The notes under the pieces are model-generated. The model saw only the letters and a list, made by a program, of their open reading frames with translations. It made no database searches and had not been told where the DNA came from. 64,000 nt of DNA from Antedon mediterranea. Taxonomy: Eukaryota > Animalia > Echinodermata. Position numbers and translations under genes: made by a program. Position 1 is the first letter of the stretch. Each line of letters begins with the position of its first letter. The stretch lies in NCBI RefSeq assembly GCF_964355755.1, contig NC_092671.1, positions 22,766,070 through 22,830,069 of the forward strand, written 5' to 3'. Shown in pieces: positions 1-11,855 of the stretch.

Positions 1-2
1 TG

Positions 3-992
3 TGCGCAAGATACAGGAGAAGTCAAGCAGAACCAATGCGAGGAACAGAGTTCCCAAACCGACCATGGTCTAGAGTTGGTACCGACTTTTTCCATTACAA
101 GGGACGTAACTATCTACTTGCTGTAGATTATTACTCAAGAGACATTGAGGTCTGCATTGTCACAAAGAATGTATTTACGAAAAAAACTGTTGCCAAATTG
201 AAGAAAATATTCAGTCGTCAAGGCATACCAGACGTCCTGTTCTCAGACAATGGACCACAATACAGCTCTGACGAATTCAAAGCATTTGCACAGAGCTGGA
301 GATTTGAACATGTAACATCATCCCCTCATTTCCCACAGTCAAACGGCGAGGCGGAACGAGCAGTACAAACCATCAAATCCTTCATGAACAAGTGTGACGA
401 TGAGTATTTGGCAATGCTACAGTACCGTAACACACCACTTCAAAATGGGTATTCACCAACACAGTTGAATATGAGTCGGAGACTAAAGACAAGAGTGCCA
501 TGCCACCCAGAAGAGCTCCGACCAAAACTACCAGACCAGACTGACCTTAGACAGAAAGAGGAGAGATATAGACGTGAAATGAAGAGAAACTTTGACAACC
601 GTCACAGAGCTGCAGATGCGGAACAACTAAGTCCGGGTGACAAAGTATATATACCGGACTTGAAACGTCACGGAACAATCACGGGATACCACAAGGCACC
701 CAGGTCCGTGTACATCGATACGGATGGAAAAACAGTGAGAAGAAATCGTGCAATGACACGGAAGCTCACTAACAAGGATGTGATGATGCAAGAACAACCA
801 AAGGAGAGAGATGGTGAGGTGAAGGAAAACCAAACTCCAACCAATCACGATCACTCCAGCGATGCGGGAACGCCAACTGAAGCGGACATCCACAACAACC
901 CGAAGCCACCGGAAGCATCAACACCATCGAATACCAGACCACAACGGAACCGGCGAAGACCACGTTATTTGGATGAATATGTAACATCCTAA
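3..992 (+). CDS. Ty3/Gypsy retrotransposon pol C-terminus (rve integrase), 5'-partial
   Basis: Frame is open from base 3 (CARYRRSQAEPM...). Catalytic D (GTDFF), D (SDNG) and E (NGEAER) with exact D-35-E spacing; YRNTP and GYSP motifs; ends RPRYLDEYV like Mag/K02A2.6-type elements. Confidence 0.93.
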   Translation, partial: CARYRRSQAEPMRGTEFPNRPWSRVGTDFFHYKGRNYLLAVDYYSRDIEVCIVTKNVFTKKTVAKLKKIFSRQGIPDVLFSDNGPQYSSDEFKAFAQSWRFEHVTSSPHFPQSNGEAERAVQTIKSFMNKCDDEYLAMLQYRNTPLQNGYSPTQLNMSRRLKTRVPCHPEELRPKLPDQTDLRQKEERYRREMKRNFDNRHRAADAEQLSPGDKVYIPDLKRHGTITGYHKAPRSVYIDTDGKTVRRNRAMTRKLTNKDVMMQEQPKERDGEVKENQTPTNHDHSSDAGTPTEADIHNNPKPPEASTPSNTRPQRNRRRPRYLDEYVTS

Positions 993-1216
993 TTTCATAT
1001 AATGAACACTGATCTATAATCACTCACCAAAAATAAAAACACTGAACACTGATTTGATAATGAACAATATCGGACCTTTATTGAAACACAGATGGAAATT
1101 CAATGATTGACATGATCTTACTCTAAATGTTAATTTGTGTTTAAAGTTAAAGTTTAGTTGCTGCGCGACTTAAAATTATAAAGCTGATTAATCAATCTCT
1201 AAAAAAAAAAGGGAGA

Positions 1217-1378
1217 TGTGGTAGTATGCAATATTGATCTAGCGCCACCTAGCGGGGATCGAGGGAGGGTTTAACATGGACGCGAGTCACGACAGTTGAT
1301 ATGTTGAATAAATGTTATTTGGATTGTGTTTAACGGTAGTCCTATGTACGTCTGTTTAAGTACAGTGTAGCGACAACA
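1217..1378 (+). mobile_element. 3' LTR of the first Gypsy element (preceded by polypurine tract)
   Basis: PPT A10-GGGAGA at 1201-1216 directly followed by TGTGGT; AATAAA at 1307; plausible end ...ACAACA at 1378 (right boundary uncertain by ~15 bp). Confidence 0.7.
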
Positions 1379-1393
1379 AACAAAGCATAATAC

Positions 1394-2687
1394 TTGGTGA
1401 CACATGAAATTAAGACTAATGGTGAAATGCCTATAAGGCATAGGGCATATAGAACGCCCCAAGCATTAAAGGGTAAATTGAAAGAGGAATTAGATAGTAT
1501 GTTGGCTATGGGTATAATAGAACCTACAGTTAGTGCCTATGCTGCACCTATTATTGCCCTGAAGAAAGGCCAGAATCAAATTAGAATGGTGACAGATTTT
1601 AGATCACTAAATAAGACTACACAATTTGACCCTTATGTTATGCCTCGCATAGACGAAATGTTGGATGAGGTATCATCCGCAATATACATAACTACGTTAG
1701 ATCTAACTAAAGGATTTTACCAGGTGCCTCTGGATCCTAAGACCAAAGACAAATCAGCATTTGTTACACAATTTGGACAGTATTGTTACAATGTACTTCC
1801 ATTTGGTATGCAAAATAGCTCTAGTACTTTCCAAAGATTAATGGATAAGGTATTACAAGGTACTGAGGGATATGCTAAGGCATATATAGATGACATATGT
1901 ATTTATAGTCAAACTTGGAAAGATCATATTTTTCATTTGAATGATGTATTAGAAAGATTAAGTAGTGCTGGATTGACAGCAAAGCCTTTGAAATGTAAAA
2001 TTGCCTATGCACAGGTAGAATTTCTGGGGCATAAGATTGGTAATGTAGAAATTAGACCCATGATTGATAAGGTTGAGGCTGTGGAAAAGTTCCCCAGACC
2101 TTTTGTCTAAAAAACAAGTCCGATCATTTCTCGGATTAACTGGCTATTACAGAAAATTTGTACAGAACTATGCCGATATTGCTAAGCCATTGATTGATTT
2201 AACTTTAAAGAGTAAAAGTAATACCGTTAAGTGGAATGAACAATGTGAAAATGCCTTTGTAACTTTAAAGAAACGACTTACTGATGATAATGTATTAAAA
2301 GCCCCAAATTTTGATAAGATGTTTTTATTGCAAACCGATGCCTCAAATTATGGCATAGGTGCAGTGCTGAGCCAAATAGATGGTGAGGGTAATGATTATC
2401 CCATTGTGTACTTAAGTAGAAAGTTATCTGTACATGAGCAGAGATATTCTGTGCCAGAAAAAGAGTGCCTCTCTATTGTTTGGGCTATCAATAAACTTAA
2501 GTATTATCTGTATGGTTGTGAATTTCAAGTTCATACTGACCACCAGGCATTGAGATGGATGGACTCAATGAAGGGTGCCAATGTTAGACTTATGAGATGG
2601 GCTCTGTTTTTACAAGAATATAAATTTAAAGTTATTTACAAGAAAGGATCATTAAATGGAAATGCAGATGGATTAAGCCGTGCATAA
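1394..2687 (+). pseudogene. Second Gypsy element: reverse transcriptase + RNase H, frameshifted near 2100
   Basis: ORF 1394-2110 has DFRSLN, LDLTKGFYQ, PFG, YIDD, FLGH; ORF 2064-2687 continues with VRSFLGLTGYYR, TDAS, EKECL, TDH, NADGLSR then stop. Confidence 0.93.
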
Positions 2688-2788
2688 TAATATTATAGAG
2701 GTGTTATTTGTAGATAGTTTATACTAAAATGGTTTTAAATGTTAAATTTTTGGAAAGATTGACACAATCTTTTTCCCAAAAAGGGGAA

Positions 2789-3181
2789 TGTCATATTATT
2801 TATGTTCTGATTCCCTGTGTTTAGATAAGGATGCTTTAGACCAGGTCCGCCTAATATTATTAGCCAATCAAAATCGTATAATTTTTGGAGGGAAAATGTT
2901 ATCCTCCTCTAAAGCCTAAAATGTGCATGTCCAGTATAAAAGTGGAATTTAATAGATATTAAAATAAGGAGAGGAGAGAATAGATGTACGGAAAGATGAT
3001 AAAGAAATTAAGGCTTGACTGGTAGTGGTAGAAAGATGTATTAATCGAGTTACAAGGAATAAAAGTTCTAGTTGAGTTAAATATACTTTTTGTATGAGTT
3101 ATCATTCAGTGACAGCTGTGTACGTCGCGTGGAGTTATATACGCCTGAGAAAGCTCGGAACCAACTAAAATAATCACTACA
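2789..3181 (+). mobile_element. 3' LTR of the second Gypsy element
   Basis: PPT AAAAAGGGGAA immediately before TGTCAT (2789); TATAAAA ~2935; AATAAA 3058; ends ...ACTACA at 3181 exactly where the 157-bp repeat begins. Confidence 0.8.
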
Positions 3182-4141
3182 CTTGATATTTAATGCAACC
3201 AAACAATTTGTTGTAGAAAGGTGTTTGAGTCTATTATATGATATAGTAATTGAATAAAATATAATTTAATGCAATGTATTCATCCACAGCAACAGAAAAT
3301 GAAACAGTTATTGCTGATGGTAAGTTAAACATCATTTACTTGATATTTAATGCAACCAAACAATTTGTTGTAGAAAGGTGTTTGAGTCTATTATATGATA
3401 TAGTAATTGAATAAAATATAATTTATTGCAATTTATTCATCCACAGCAACAGAAAATGAAACAGTTCAAATTGCTGATGGTAAGTTAAACATCATTTACT
3501 TGATATTTAATGCAACCAAACAATTTGTTGTAGAAAGGTGTTCGAGTCTAATATATGATATAGTCATTGAATAAAATATAATTTATTGCAATTTATTCAT
3601 CCACAGCAACAGAAAATGAAACAGTTATTGCTGATGGTAAGTTAAACATCATTTACTTGATATTTAATGCAACCAAACAATTTGTTGTAGAAAGGTGTTT
3701 GAGTCTATTATATGATATAGTCATTGAATAAAATATAATTTATTGCAATTTATTCATCCACAGCAACAGAAAATGAAACAGTTATTGCTGATGGTAAGTT
3801 AAACATCATTTACTTGATATTTAATGCAACCAAACAATTTGTTGTAGAAAGGTGTTTGAGTCTATTATATGATATAGTACTGTAATTGAATAAAATATAA
3901 TTTATTGCAATTTATTCATCCACAGCAACAGAAAATGAAACAGTTATTGCTGATGGTAAGTTAAACATCATTTACTTGATATTTAATGCAACCAAACAAT
4001 TTGTTGTAGAAAGGTGTTCGAGTCTATTATATGATATAGTCATTGAATAAAATATTATTTATTGCAATTTATTCATCCACAGCAACAGAAAATGAAACAG
4101 TTATTGCTGATGGTAAGTTAAACATCATTTACTTGATATTT
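3182..4141 (+). repeat. Tandem repeat, ~6 units of 157-162 bp, each an intron plus micro-exon
   Basis: Near-identical units containing TTCATCCACAG|CAACAGAAAATGAAACAGTTATTGCTGATG|GTAAGT. Confidence 0.95.
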
Positions 4142-5520
4142 GATGTTATATTTGTTGATATATTAAAAATGTGTATTTAGTGTGAATCAAAATGTTTATA
4201 CAGTATTTACTTTTCTTTGTGATATTCTTCACAATGAACATAATTCTTCCACAGCTGAAATTGAAGGTACCATTAGGCCTCACGAAGTGTTAATTGATTT
4301 TGGTGGGTAACACATTTAGCAAACCTACTTAAATTTAAAACAGCAACACATACAATGAATACAATTGTGTTAAAGGCCAGGTGCGGGCAAAAAAATTCTA
4401 TTGATCATACATTCCAATAATTATTGATCTATAGTTTCCCCTATGTTTCATAATTTTTGGGATTTTATTTGTGTTACACGAGCTTGTTGAAAATAAGCAC
4501 TTTCTTATCAGTGGGGGGATAGTTCAAATTACACAGTAAAATCTCTATTCTTTTGTACACACATTTTGTAAATAGAGGGGCATTTTAAAAAGCTACGAAA
4601 AGTAAACAATGTGGTAAAAAATGTTATCAGATGAATAAGTATAGGTAATATAACTTAAATATTACATTTCTGGAATTTTTATTCAACTTCAAATTTTTAT
4701 TTTCATGCTATAGCAAAAATTATCCACCGTATATCCACCATCTTTTTTCACCTTCTAGGGAGTCACAAGACATGTTATTACATTAGGTTAACTACCTAAC
4801 TACTGAAAAAAGGTCTTCCTGGTTTTTATGGAAGAATTTTGCAAAATTTTGTATTTGGCCATATTAAGGGAAATTCATGTTTTTTCGTGTTGATTTCTGT
4901 TACAAATATTTGATTTATGTACAATTAACCAAATATTATATTTAAAATTCATGCCTGTACCTGAGCTTTAAAGACTTGACAGAATATGGAATGACCTATG
5001 AGCAATACAGTGTTATAGTTCTTTAAAAAAAATAAAATTAAAAAAATTATTTGACAGTTAATTGACCTTAACACAACAGTATACACTAGACTAAGTTTTT
5101 ACTCAATAAAGTGTCCTTGTGCATAATTAAATTCAAAGAAATTTTTTAAATAGCAATAGCACATACATTCAAATTAGAGAGTAGGGAACCTCAAGAAAAT
5201 GTTTTAACAATTAATGCTTAACTGTTTTTTTTCCCAGAAAAAAATACAGATTTAGCAAACATTTGTTCGGAGATTGGGCATACCAGTAAGAAAACTGAGT
5301 TGAAAGAAGGTAATCAAATATTGTTTTGGAAACACAGTTTGTTTAACTTATTTTCATGCTTGTAAAAATTGCTTTTTTTTTTTCAGGATTTTATGCATTT
5401 GAAAAAATATTAAAAAAGAAAAAGAAGAAAGGACAATTTATGTACCAAGTAAAGTGGGTTGGCTTCAAAAAACCTACCTGGGAGCCAGAAGCAAATGTTC
5501 CAGAACATTTGAGGATTTAA
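3290..5520 (+). CDS. 3' part of a spliced gene: (ATENETVIAD)x6 repeat, linker, C-terminal chromodomain
   Basis: Predicted phase-1 exons 3290-3319, 3447-3479, 3607-3636, 3764-3793, 3926-3955, 4083-4112, possibly 4255-4266 (weak donor), 5238-5309, 5387-5520; all AG/GT bounded. Last exon reads GFYAFEKILKKKKKKGQFMYQVKWVGFKKPTWEPEANVPEHLRI*. Confidence 0.82.
4374..4967. mobile_element. Kolobok-like non-autonomous DNA transposon in an intron
   Basis: TTAA on both sides (4370-4373, 4968-4971); imperfect 16-bp TIR AGGCCAGGTGCGGGCA / TGCCTGTACCTGAGCT (12/16), AG...CT termini. Confidence 0.68.
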
Positions 5521-6349
5521 ATTTACAAAATGCATTTATAAATGTACTTTTCCCTTTATGTTTTTTTTTCATCTATTTTAAGCTGCTTTTCATGTTAAAT
5601 TAAATACTATACTGGCCTATTACAATAATTTTCTTCCATCTTTAAGCAGTGAAGATCTGAAGCGTACGATGTTCGTATGTTACCGCTGTTTACCAACTAG
5701 GCCTATACAACTTTTTTAAAGTAATATACAGTATATGCATATTTTTTACAAAACGTCAACAATTGCAGGGAAAGTGTCTTTTATGTTTAACTTTACAACC
5801 AGTTACCAGTATTATACTAATGTTTATTTTACTATAATTTTAGCCTACAAATAACCTCAAAGCAAACATAGGCAAATATATGAAATATTATACACATTGT
5901 TACTATTTTTTGTAAACAAAATAAAACACAAATATTGTTGTTGTGAAGTATCTTATAATATAATACTACATAATTGAATTGGAAGAACTTTAGGCTGGGC
6001 ACCCAGCACATATTACATCTCTGATTTTCTTACCCATACTATAATGCTCAGATCGCAAAAACTTTATACACAAAAAGCTTTTAAATCATAGAATGGATTT
6101 AAATTCTGTGTCACACAAAAAAGTATCAAAATATAAACCAATACTGAGTAATTATGACAATGATCTTCTGCGGTGAGACTATTTGCAGTTAACTGAACAC
6201 ACAAGTTCTCGACATTAGTTTGCATTTAGTAGTCAGGTTCTGGCACGTTGCCACCTGGATTTTTAGGCCAGGTAGCAATATTTTGGGTTGCTAAAGGCCA
6301 AGTGGCAAAATTCCAGGTGACAACAAGCCTAGACCCAATAGGTAATTAT

Positions 6350-6717
6350 CAGGGGTGGTCGCAGGACTATTTTAAGAGGGTTGCCCAAGAGTCCAGGGCC
6401 ATAATAGAAACCAAGCATTTACGCCACAGGTTTGTAAATTACTACGGAATTTCGGCCTAATTTTACGGTCGTAGAGAAATGAAAAAAAAATCCACTGACC
6501 GTCGTTAAATTGTGCGCGGTTAATTTTACGCTGCAGTCAGTCGATTTACATATAGACTCTTCCAACAATGGACTTCTATAACAACGTTAATATGGTTAAT
6601 ATATGCCTATGATGAAGTGGGATCTAAATTTTAGTTTAGTGGCAGAAAAAAACATTTAGTATGAAATTAAGGGTGTTGCCCGGGCAACTGGGGCAACATC
6701 CCTGCGTCCGCCCTATG
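6350..6717. mobile_element. Degenerate hAT-like MITE
   Basis: CAGGGGTGGTCGCAGG ... CCTGCGTCCGCCCTATG imperfect TIRs, subterminal GTTGCCC/GGGCAAC motifs; no clean TSD found. Confidence 0.45.
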
Positions 6718-8776
6718 CATAAGTTATCTTTTTAAACTGGTACTGTACATTTATTTTTTTTAATGGCAACTTTAATGACTTACTTTTTATTTCTGCCATT
6801 TGAGTACATAAAATACAAGATGACAAGAAGAGCCAGTTTGGTATTTTCTTCTTTCTTTCTGTTTATTCCCTCAATTGTTACATGTAGTTTGGTACTACTA
6901 CTATCTACTATTTTAGCAACCAATAAGTTACCCACATGTGGGTGGAGGAGAAGCAAAGACCAAATAACAGCGTAATTAAGTGCCATGCTAAATATTATTT
7001 TATTGGAACATTTATAGAAAAGATAACGTTATGACGCACCATACATACTGTACATCTTGGTCTAATAAATAATCATGCAAGGTCTTCGATGCCATTCTAA
7101 AACATTTAAAAAACAATGTATGATGGTATGAGAATCAAGTGGCCTCAAACTGCAATAGGCATAGGGCCTATTCGGCACCGAAGAAATTGCATCCGCACCT
7201 AGGAAGTTGTTGCTTACGCGTCGTGGGTCTTTTGCAGGTATGTATGACTATTATGAAATGGAGTGGGTATGCTAGCTGGCCTAACATGCCTATACTATAG
7301 TACACCCCCCACTCACCCCCGCCCGGAAAATGGCAACAAAAGTACCCACCACTATGCCTACTGTAGGCCGGGTATGTCCAGAGGGACCTCCCCCTAGCTA
7401 GAGTATACTATTAGCCATGGCCTAGCCTACTATCCCCGGGCCCTACTCACTACTACTAGCCTAGATACTGTACTTCCAGGCCTAGGCGGCTTGTAGTTAG
7501 CGGGTGGGGGATAGCCTATGCTAGCCAAAGTAAGACCTAACATTTGGGTACGACGCCCGAATTCGCCGGGTTGGCAATGAAATGGGTAGTAGTTGGTTCG
7601 GGTACGAATTGACCAGCACCCTTCAAATTCAGGCCTAGTTGGGCCTAGAGAGTGTGTGACGCAGCAGGCTAAGCCCCCACCTGCCACGAACTATTTTACG
7701 TCACTTTTTTTACCTATAAAAATGTGATCCTTTACCAAAAAATATACTAGATATATAAGTTAAAAATGTAAGCGTGGAATTTTGAATTTGTTGTGTAAAT
7801 ATTTAAAAAAAAATTTAATATTACATAAACTCCGTACACAAAATCCGTCTGCTAACTGGTAGCTGTCTGACGTCAGCAGCGCTCTAAATGCGATTGTATT
7901 ATAACATGCAAGAGCAATATCATCATGCATGTACTTGTGACCAATGACAGACAGTATCCATGTACATGCTTGACAACTGCACAACGGTGAACCATATACA
8001 TGGTAACAGTTACAGAATCGGGTGAATTTATTCCCCTGTCTGATCGGATGATTCTTGCTGGTGCACAAATAACCATGGAATAACAAAGAATCTACGAAGA
8101 GCATTTATTAAACTTGAAGACGACATCGATTCTAATACTTCGATGTGTACAGCCCTTATAATAATAATAATAATAATAAATAATATATTTATACAGGATA
8201 AAACAATCAGATAACAGTGTATCTGTTTTACATTGTGGTCCTGTCTTAATCAAAATATACAAAAGAGAAACTTCATTAAAGATGTATTGTCCCTTAATAC
8301 ACAAAAAAATGAAGGTCAAAATATTCTAAATTTAAATTGGCCATATCAAAGTAATATTAAAGTTTTTCACCTTAAGTCGAAAATTCGAGCCAAAACAACA
8401 ATTTTACGTAATTAACAGCTAAATTAATTTGATTACATTTCGTCTGGATAATCGTCCCGAAAGAAAGTAAACAAAGATTTCAAACCATGCATATACATGC
8501 ATGATGCTAATTAGGATTGTTTACAACTCGTCACGGATGAGAAGGTGTTTCCACACATATCTCAAGGACGTTTTATGATTATGCCTACAGAGTAGCCAAA
8601 TAAGCGCGTTGCATTATGAGAAATGTTTTGATATAAAACTTTGACTGGAAGTCAAAGTTATTTTTTTAACCAAAAAACGTCTGTATTTCAGTTATATGAT
8701 TTTTTTTCCAACTCATTTTTTGTGAAAAATAATAACTATTATGATACTTCAAAATGACCCACTTTTTTTCGAAATC

Positions 8777-10325
8777 TTTTTTTTTTTTTTTTTTTTGAAA
8801 TTTGACAAAGTGACAATACATCTTTAAATATAATACATGTCAGTTTTTATGAAAAGAAATGAGATTTGTATCTAGCCTTAAAGGACGTAATTGTTGGTGC
8901 CGATTTAATATTAATTGGTAAATTGTTCCATATTTTTGCGCCTGCAACTTTAAAGGACGAATTCATTTTACTAAGGGTGTATTTAGGTATTGTTACATTC
9001 AAATTTTCTACTCCACGTGTTAAGTGGGTGTGAATATCGCGAATCAATTCAATTTCATTTACTAATCTAATTGGTGCAAGGCCGTAAACACATTTATACA
9101 TTAGACATGCTAGGGAGAAATCTCGTTTCTCTTCAAGAGTTTGCCACGATAGGTTCTGGATGATGTTGTCACCCTTTACACTAATATAATCGAAGTTGTT
9201 AGTTACAATTCGAGCAGCTCTTTTTTGATGTCGCTTTAAAATATTTTTGTTTAACTCTGTCGTATTTCCCCAGACTGTTATAGCATAATCACTACAAGGC
9301 TGAATTGTACTTATATATAGAGTTTCAAGTAACGGTTTACTTAAACTACTAGCCATTTTACCTAGCATTGTTATTTTATATCCAATATTTTTACTAATAC
9401 ATTGAGTATTTTGTTTCCAAGTTAACATTTCATCGATTACGACTCCCAGATACCTTATACTATCAACTTGTTCTAATTTACTGGTTCCAATTTGTATATT
9501 TAAATCATTACTGTCAGCTGTATGATTGTTTCTTAGTAACATAACCTTTGTTTTTTCAGAATTTATAGAGAGGTGGTTGTCATCATACCATTTACCAATG
9601 TTATCAATAATTATTTGTAATGAATCATTTACTATCTTAGCAGTATCACCCGAGGTGTAAACGACAACATCATCAGCAAAAACGCTGCAAGTTCCATTTA
9701 CTATAGACTGCGAAATATCATTTATGAAAATGAGAAACAAGATGGGTCCCAGGACACTTCCTTGTGGAACACCAATATTGATTTCTTTAAGTGTAGATTT
9801 GTTATTGTTACAGTATACAAACTGTTTTCTGTTTTTTAAGTAATTACTAAACCAGTAAACAACATTTTCATGGAAACCATATTTGTAAAGCTTAAATAAC
9901 AATATTGAGTGATCTATCGTGTCAAAGCACTTGGATATATCTAAGAAACAAGCGCCGACGACCTCGGAGTCATTAAAACTTTCTAACCAATCATCAACTA
10001 CTCTGTGCAAGCATGTTACAGTAGAATGGTTTTTCAAAAAGGCAAATTGATCAATGTTAATTAAATCAAACAAACTAAGAAAAGAAATGATTTGTTCCTG
10101 AACCACTCTCTCTATAATCTTTGCGATATGAGCAACGACAGATATTGCTCATACTGTCTTTACTACCCTTTCCTTTATATATAGGAGTTGTCCTTGCTAC
10201 TTTCCAATCAGCTGGGACAAGACCAGACATGAGAGAGAGATTCACAATATGACACAATGGATAAGCAAAGTACGGAGCTGCTAACCTTAACAATTTACTA
10301 TCAAAATCAAGAACTGGCAAATTTT
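8777..10325 (-). mobile_element. 5'-truncated non-LTR retrotransposon (CR1/L2-group) with poly(A) tail
   Basis: WKVARTTPIYKGKG segment then frameshift into ORF 8847-10106; T-run 8777-8796 about 50 bp past the stop. Confidence 0.85.
8847..10106 (-). CDS. LINE ORF2 reverse transcriptase domain and C-terminus (partial)
   Basis: FLDISKCFDTIDH, GVPQGSVLGPILFLIFIND, FADD, YLGV, GAKIWNNLP motifs. Confidence 0.92.
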   Translation of the reverse strand: MVQEQIISFLSLFDLINIDQFAFLKNHSTVTCLHRVVDDWLESFNDSEVVGACFLDISKCFDTIDHSILLFKLYKYGFHENVVYWFSNYLKNRKQFVYCNNNKSTLKEINIGVPQGSVLGPILFLIFINDISQSIVNGTCSVFADDVVVYTSGDTAKIVNDSLQIIIDNIGKWYDDNHLSINSEKTKVMLLRNNHTADSNDLNIQIGTSKLEQVDSIRYLGVVIDEMLTWKQNTQCISKNIGYKITMLGKMASSLSKPLLETLYISTIQPCSDYAITVWGNTTELNKNILKRHQKRAARIVTNNFDYISVKGDNIIQNLSWQTLEEKRDFSLACLMYKCVYGLAPIRLVNEIELIRDIHTHLTRGVENLNVTIPKYTLSKMNSSFKVAGAKIWNNLPINIKSAPTITSFKARYKSHFFS

Positions 10326-11855
10326 TTGACGTAAGACGGGCAAACATAACTGCTCATCGTTTGCTGTCGGCACTGCCACCTCTGGTCCCGCGTGTTATCA
10401 CATTCCACGGACCAAATACATCTATGCCTACACTGATGGAAGTGATGGCGTGATGCGGTCTAATGGTAAGTCAGCCATCTTCTGTGTCGCAGTTTTACCT
10501 CTAAATCTGCAGGCTATACACATTTGTATATCATTGCTGAAACAAGCCGTTAGCCCAATATCCACCGGATCGTATTGCTCCTTCAGTTATGTGACGACCT
10601 TGATGGGCCACTCTGCGATGATGATATCTAGCAATCAAGGTTGCGACATGATTATCCGCTGGTAGAATTACTGGATGTTTTTGGTTGTAATCTATCTCTA
10701 GATTTTCAGAGCGCCCTCCGATTCTAAGTAGCCCGTCGTCTCCCAAGATAGGATCTAACTTTTGGTAATGGACGTCTCGTTTTTAGACAAGCAATTTCAT
10801 CTAGGTACGTCTCTTCTTGAACCGCCTGCACCACAACGATTCTGGCTGCGTTAATCTCATCTACTGTAGTGTTATCTGGGAAGTAAACGTTCCCCATCCG
10901 TTGTTATTTTTCAACTTGAACGAAGCTGCCACCTTCTTAAGTTTTGCTATCACGAGTAACAGTCTTTGCCAATCAGAAAAACGTTTAAAACGCGAGTTGC
11001 CAAGTCGTGGCTCGACGCTATGTGTTGACATTTTGGTGACAGTGGGTCTCACTTCGTCATTTTCATCCGGATCTATCAAGTCAAATGTGATTTCAGGAAT
11101 TGCCCGGCAGTCTGGACAATGATTGGGCCATCGAACCAGTTGCTGCAAAAGTAGAGCGTCTGGGGCAGTTGGCCTTGATGCAAAGTCAGCAGGATTGCTC
11201 TCGGTTGCCATTGACTTGGAGATGTTGATTTTGTAATCCGGTTGATTCTATTTGCTACATAAACATACAAACGTCGTGTCTTATTATTTATGTAACAAAG
11301 CACTACACGACTGTCTGTATAAAATTTCACCGTATCAAAGCGGATGTCCATTTCATCTTTTATAAGTTCGAAAATTTCAGTCGCTAATACCGGAGCACAA
11401 AATTGTTGGAACTGTGTAAGCTGGTTTGGGAGCTACCTTGCTTTTGGATAAAACGATCCCATTGTGACGGCCTACTTCGTTGGTCACAGTAAGATAGGCG
11501 ACAGCTCCGATAGCTTGAGTTTACGCATCTGAGAAAATACTCAACTCTTTTCTCGTAACCAGTTTTACCGAAGATCGTACATAACATCTTGGTACCTTGA
11601 GATTTTCTAGGTGGGCTAGTGACTGTTTCCAACTGTTCTGGATTAAGAGGAGCGTCCCAATCGACAGTTCCGGAGCTTAATTTTCTTACAAGGATTTCCC
11701 CTTGTAGTGTGATTGGTGATACAAGACCCAATGTGTCAAATAGGCTGTTGACCACAGACAAAACACCTCATGTAGTGTATTCATCATTCTTTTGTGCTGA
11801 TATCTTGAAGGTGAAGCTGTCTGTTTCCAGGTCCCATGATACAACGAGACGGGGG
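10326..11855 (-). pseudogene. Degraded BEL/Pao retrotransposon pol (RNase H region, integrase Zn finger and start of core)
   Basis: Fragments in several frames: SVVNSLFDTLGLVSP, TDSRVVLCYI, SNPADFASR, GLLRIGGR, KHPVILP, HQG, GYW, and manually read GIDVFGPW...RGG...KR*AVMF. Confidence 0.9.

Noticed and set aside
36-2687. Integrase then RT read as one INT-RT element
   Set aside because: A stop codon, 3' UTR, PPT and LTR separate them; two different elements.
6100-6235. Possible right terminus (…CTGCGGTG) of a DNA transposon carrying the chromodomain gene
   Set aside because: No partner end inside the window, so it cannot be supported.
7760-8104. 114-aa Cys/His-containing ORF
   Set aside because: No recognisable motif spacing or splice support.
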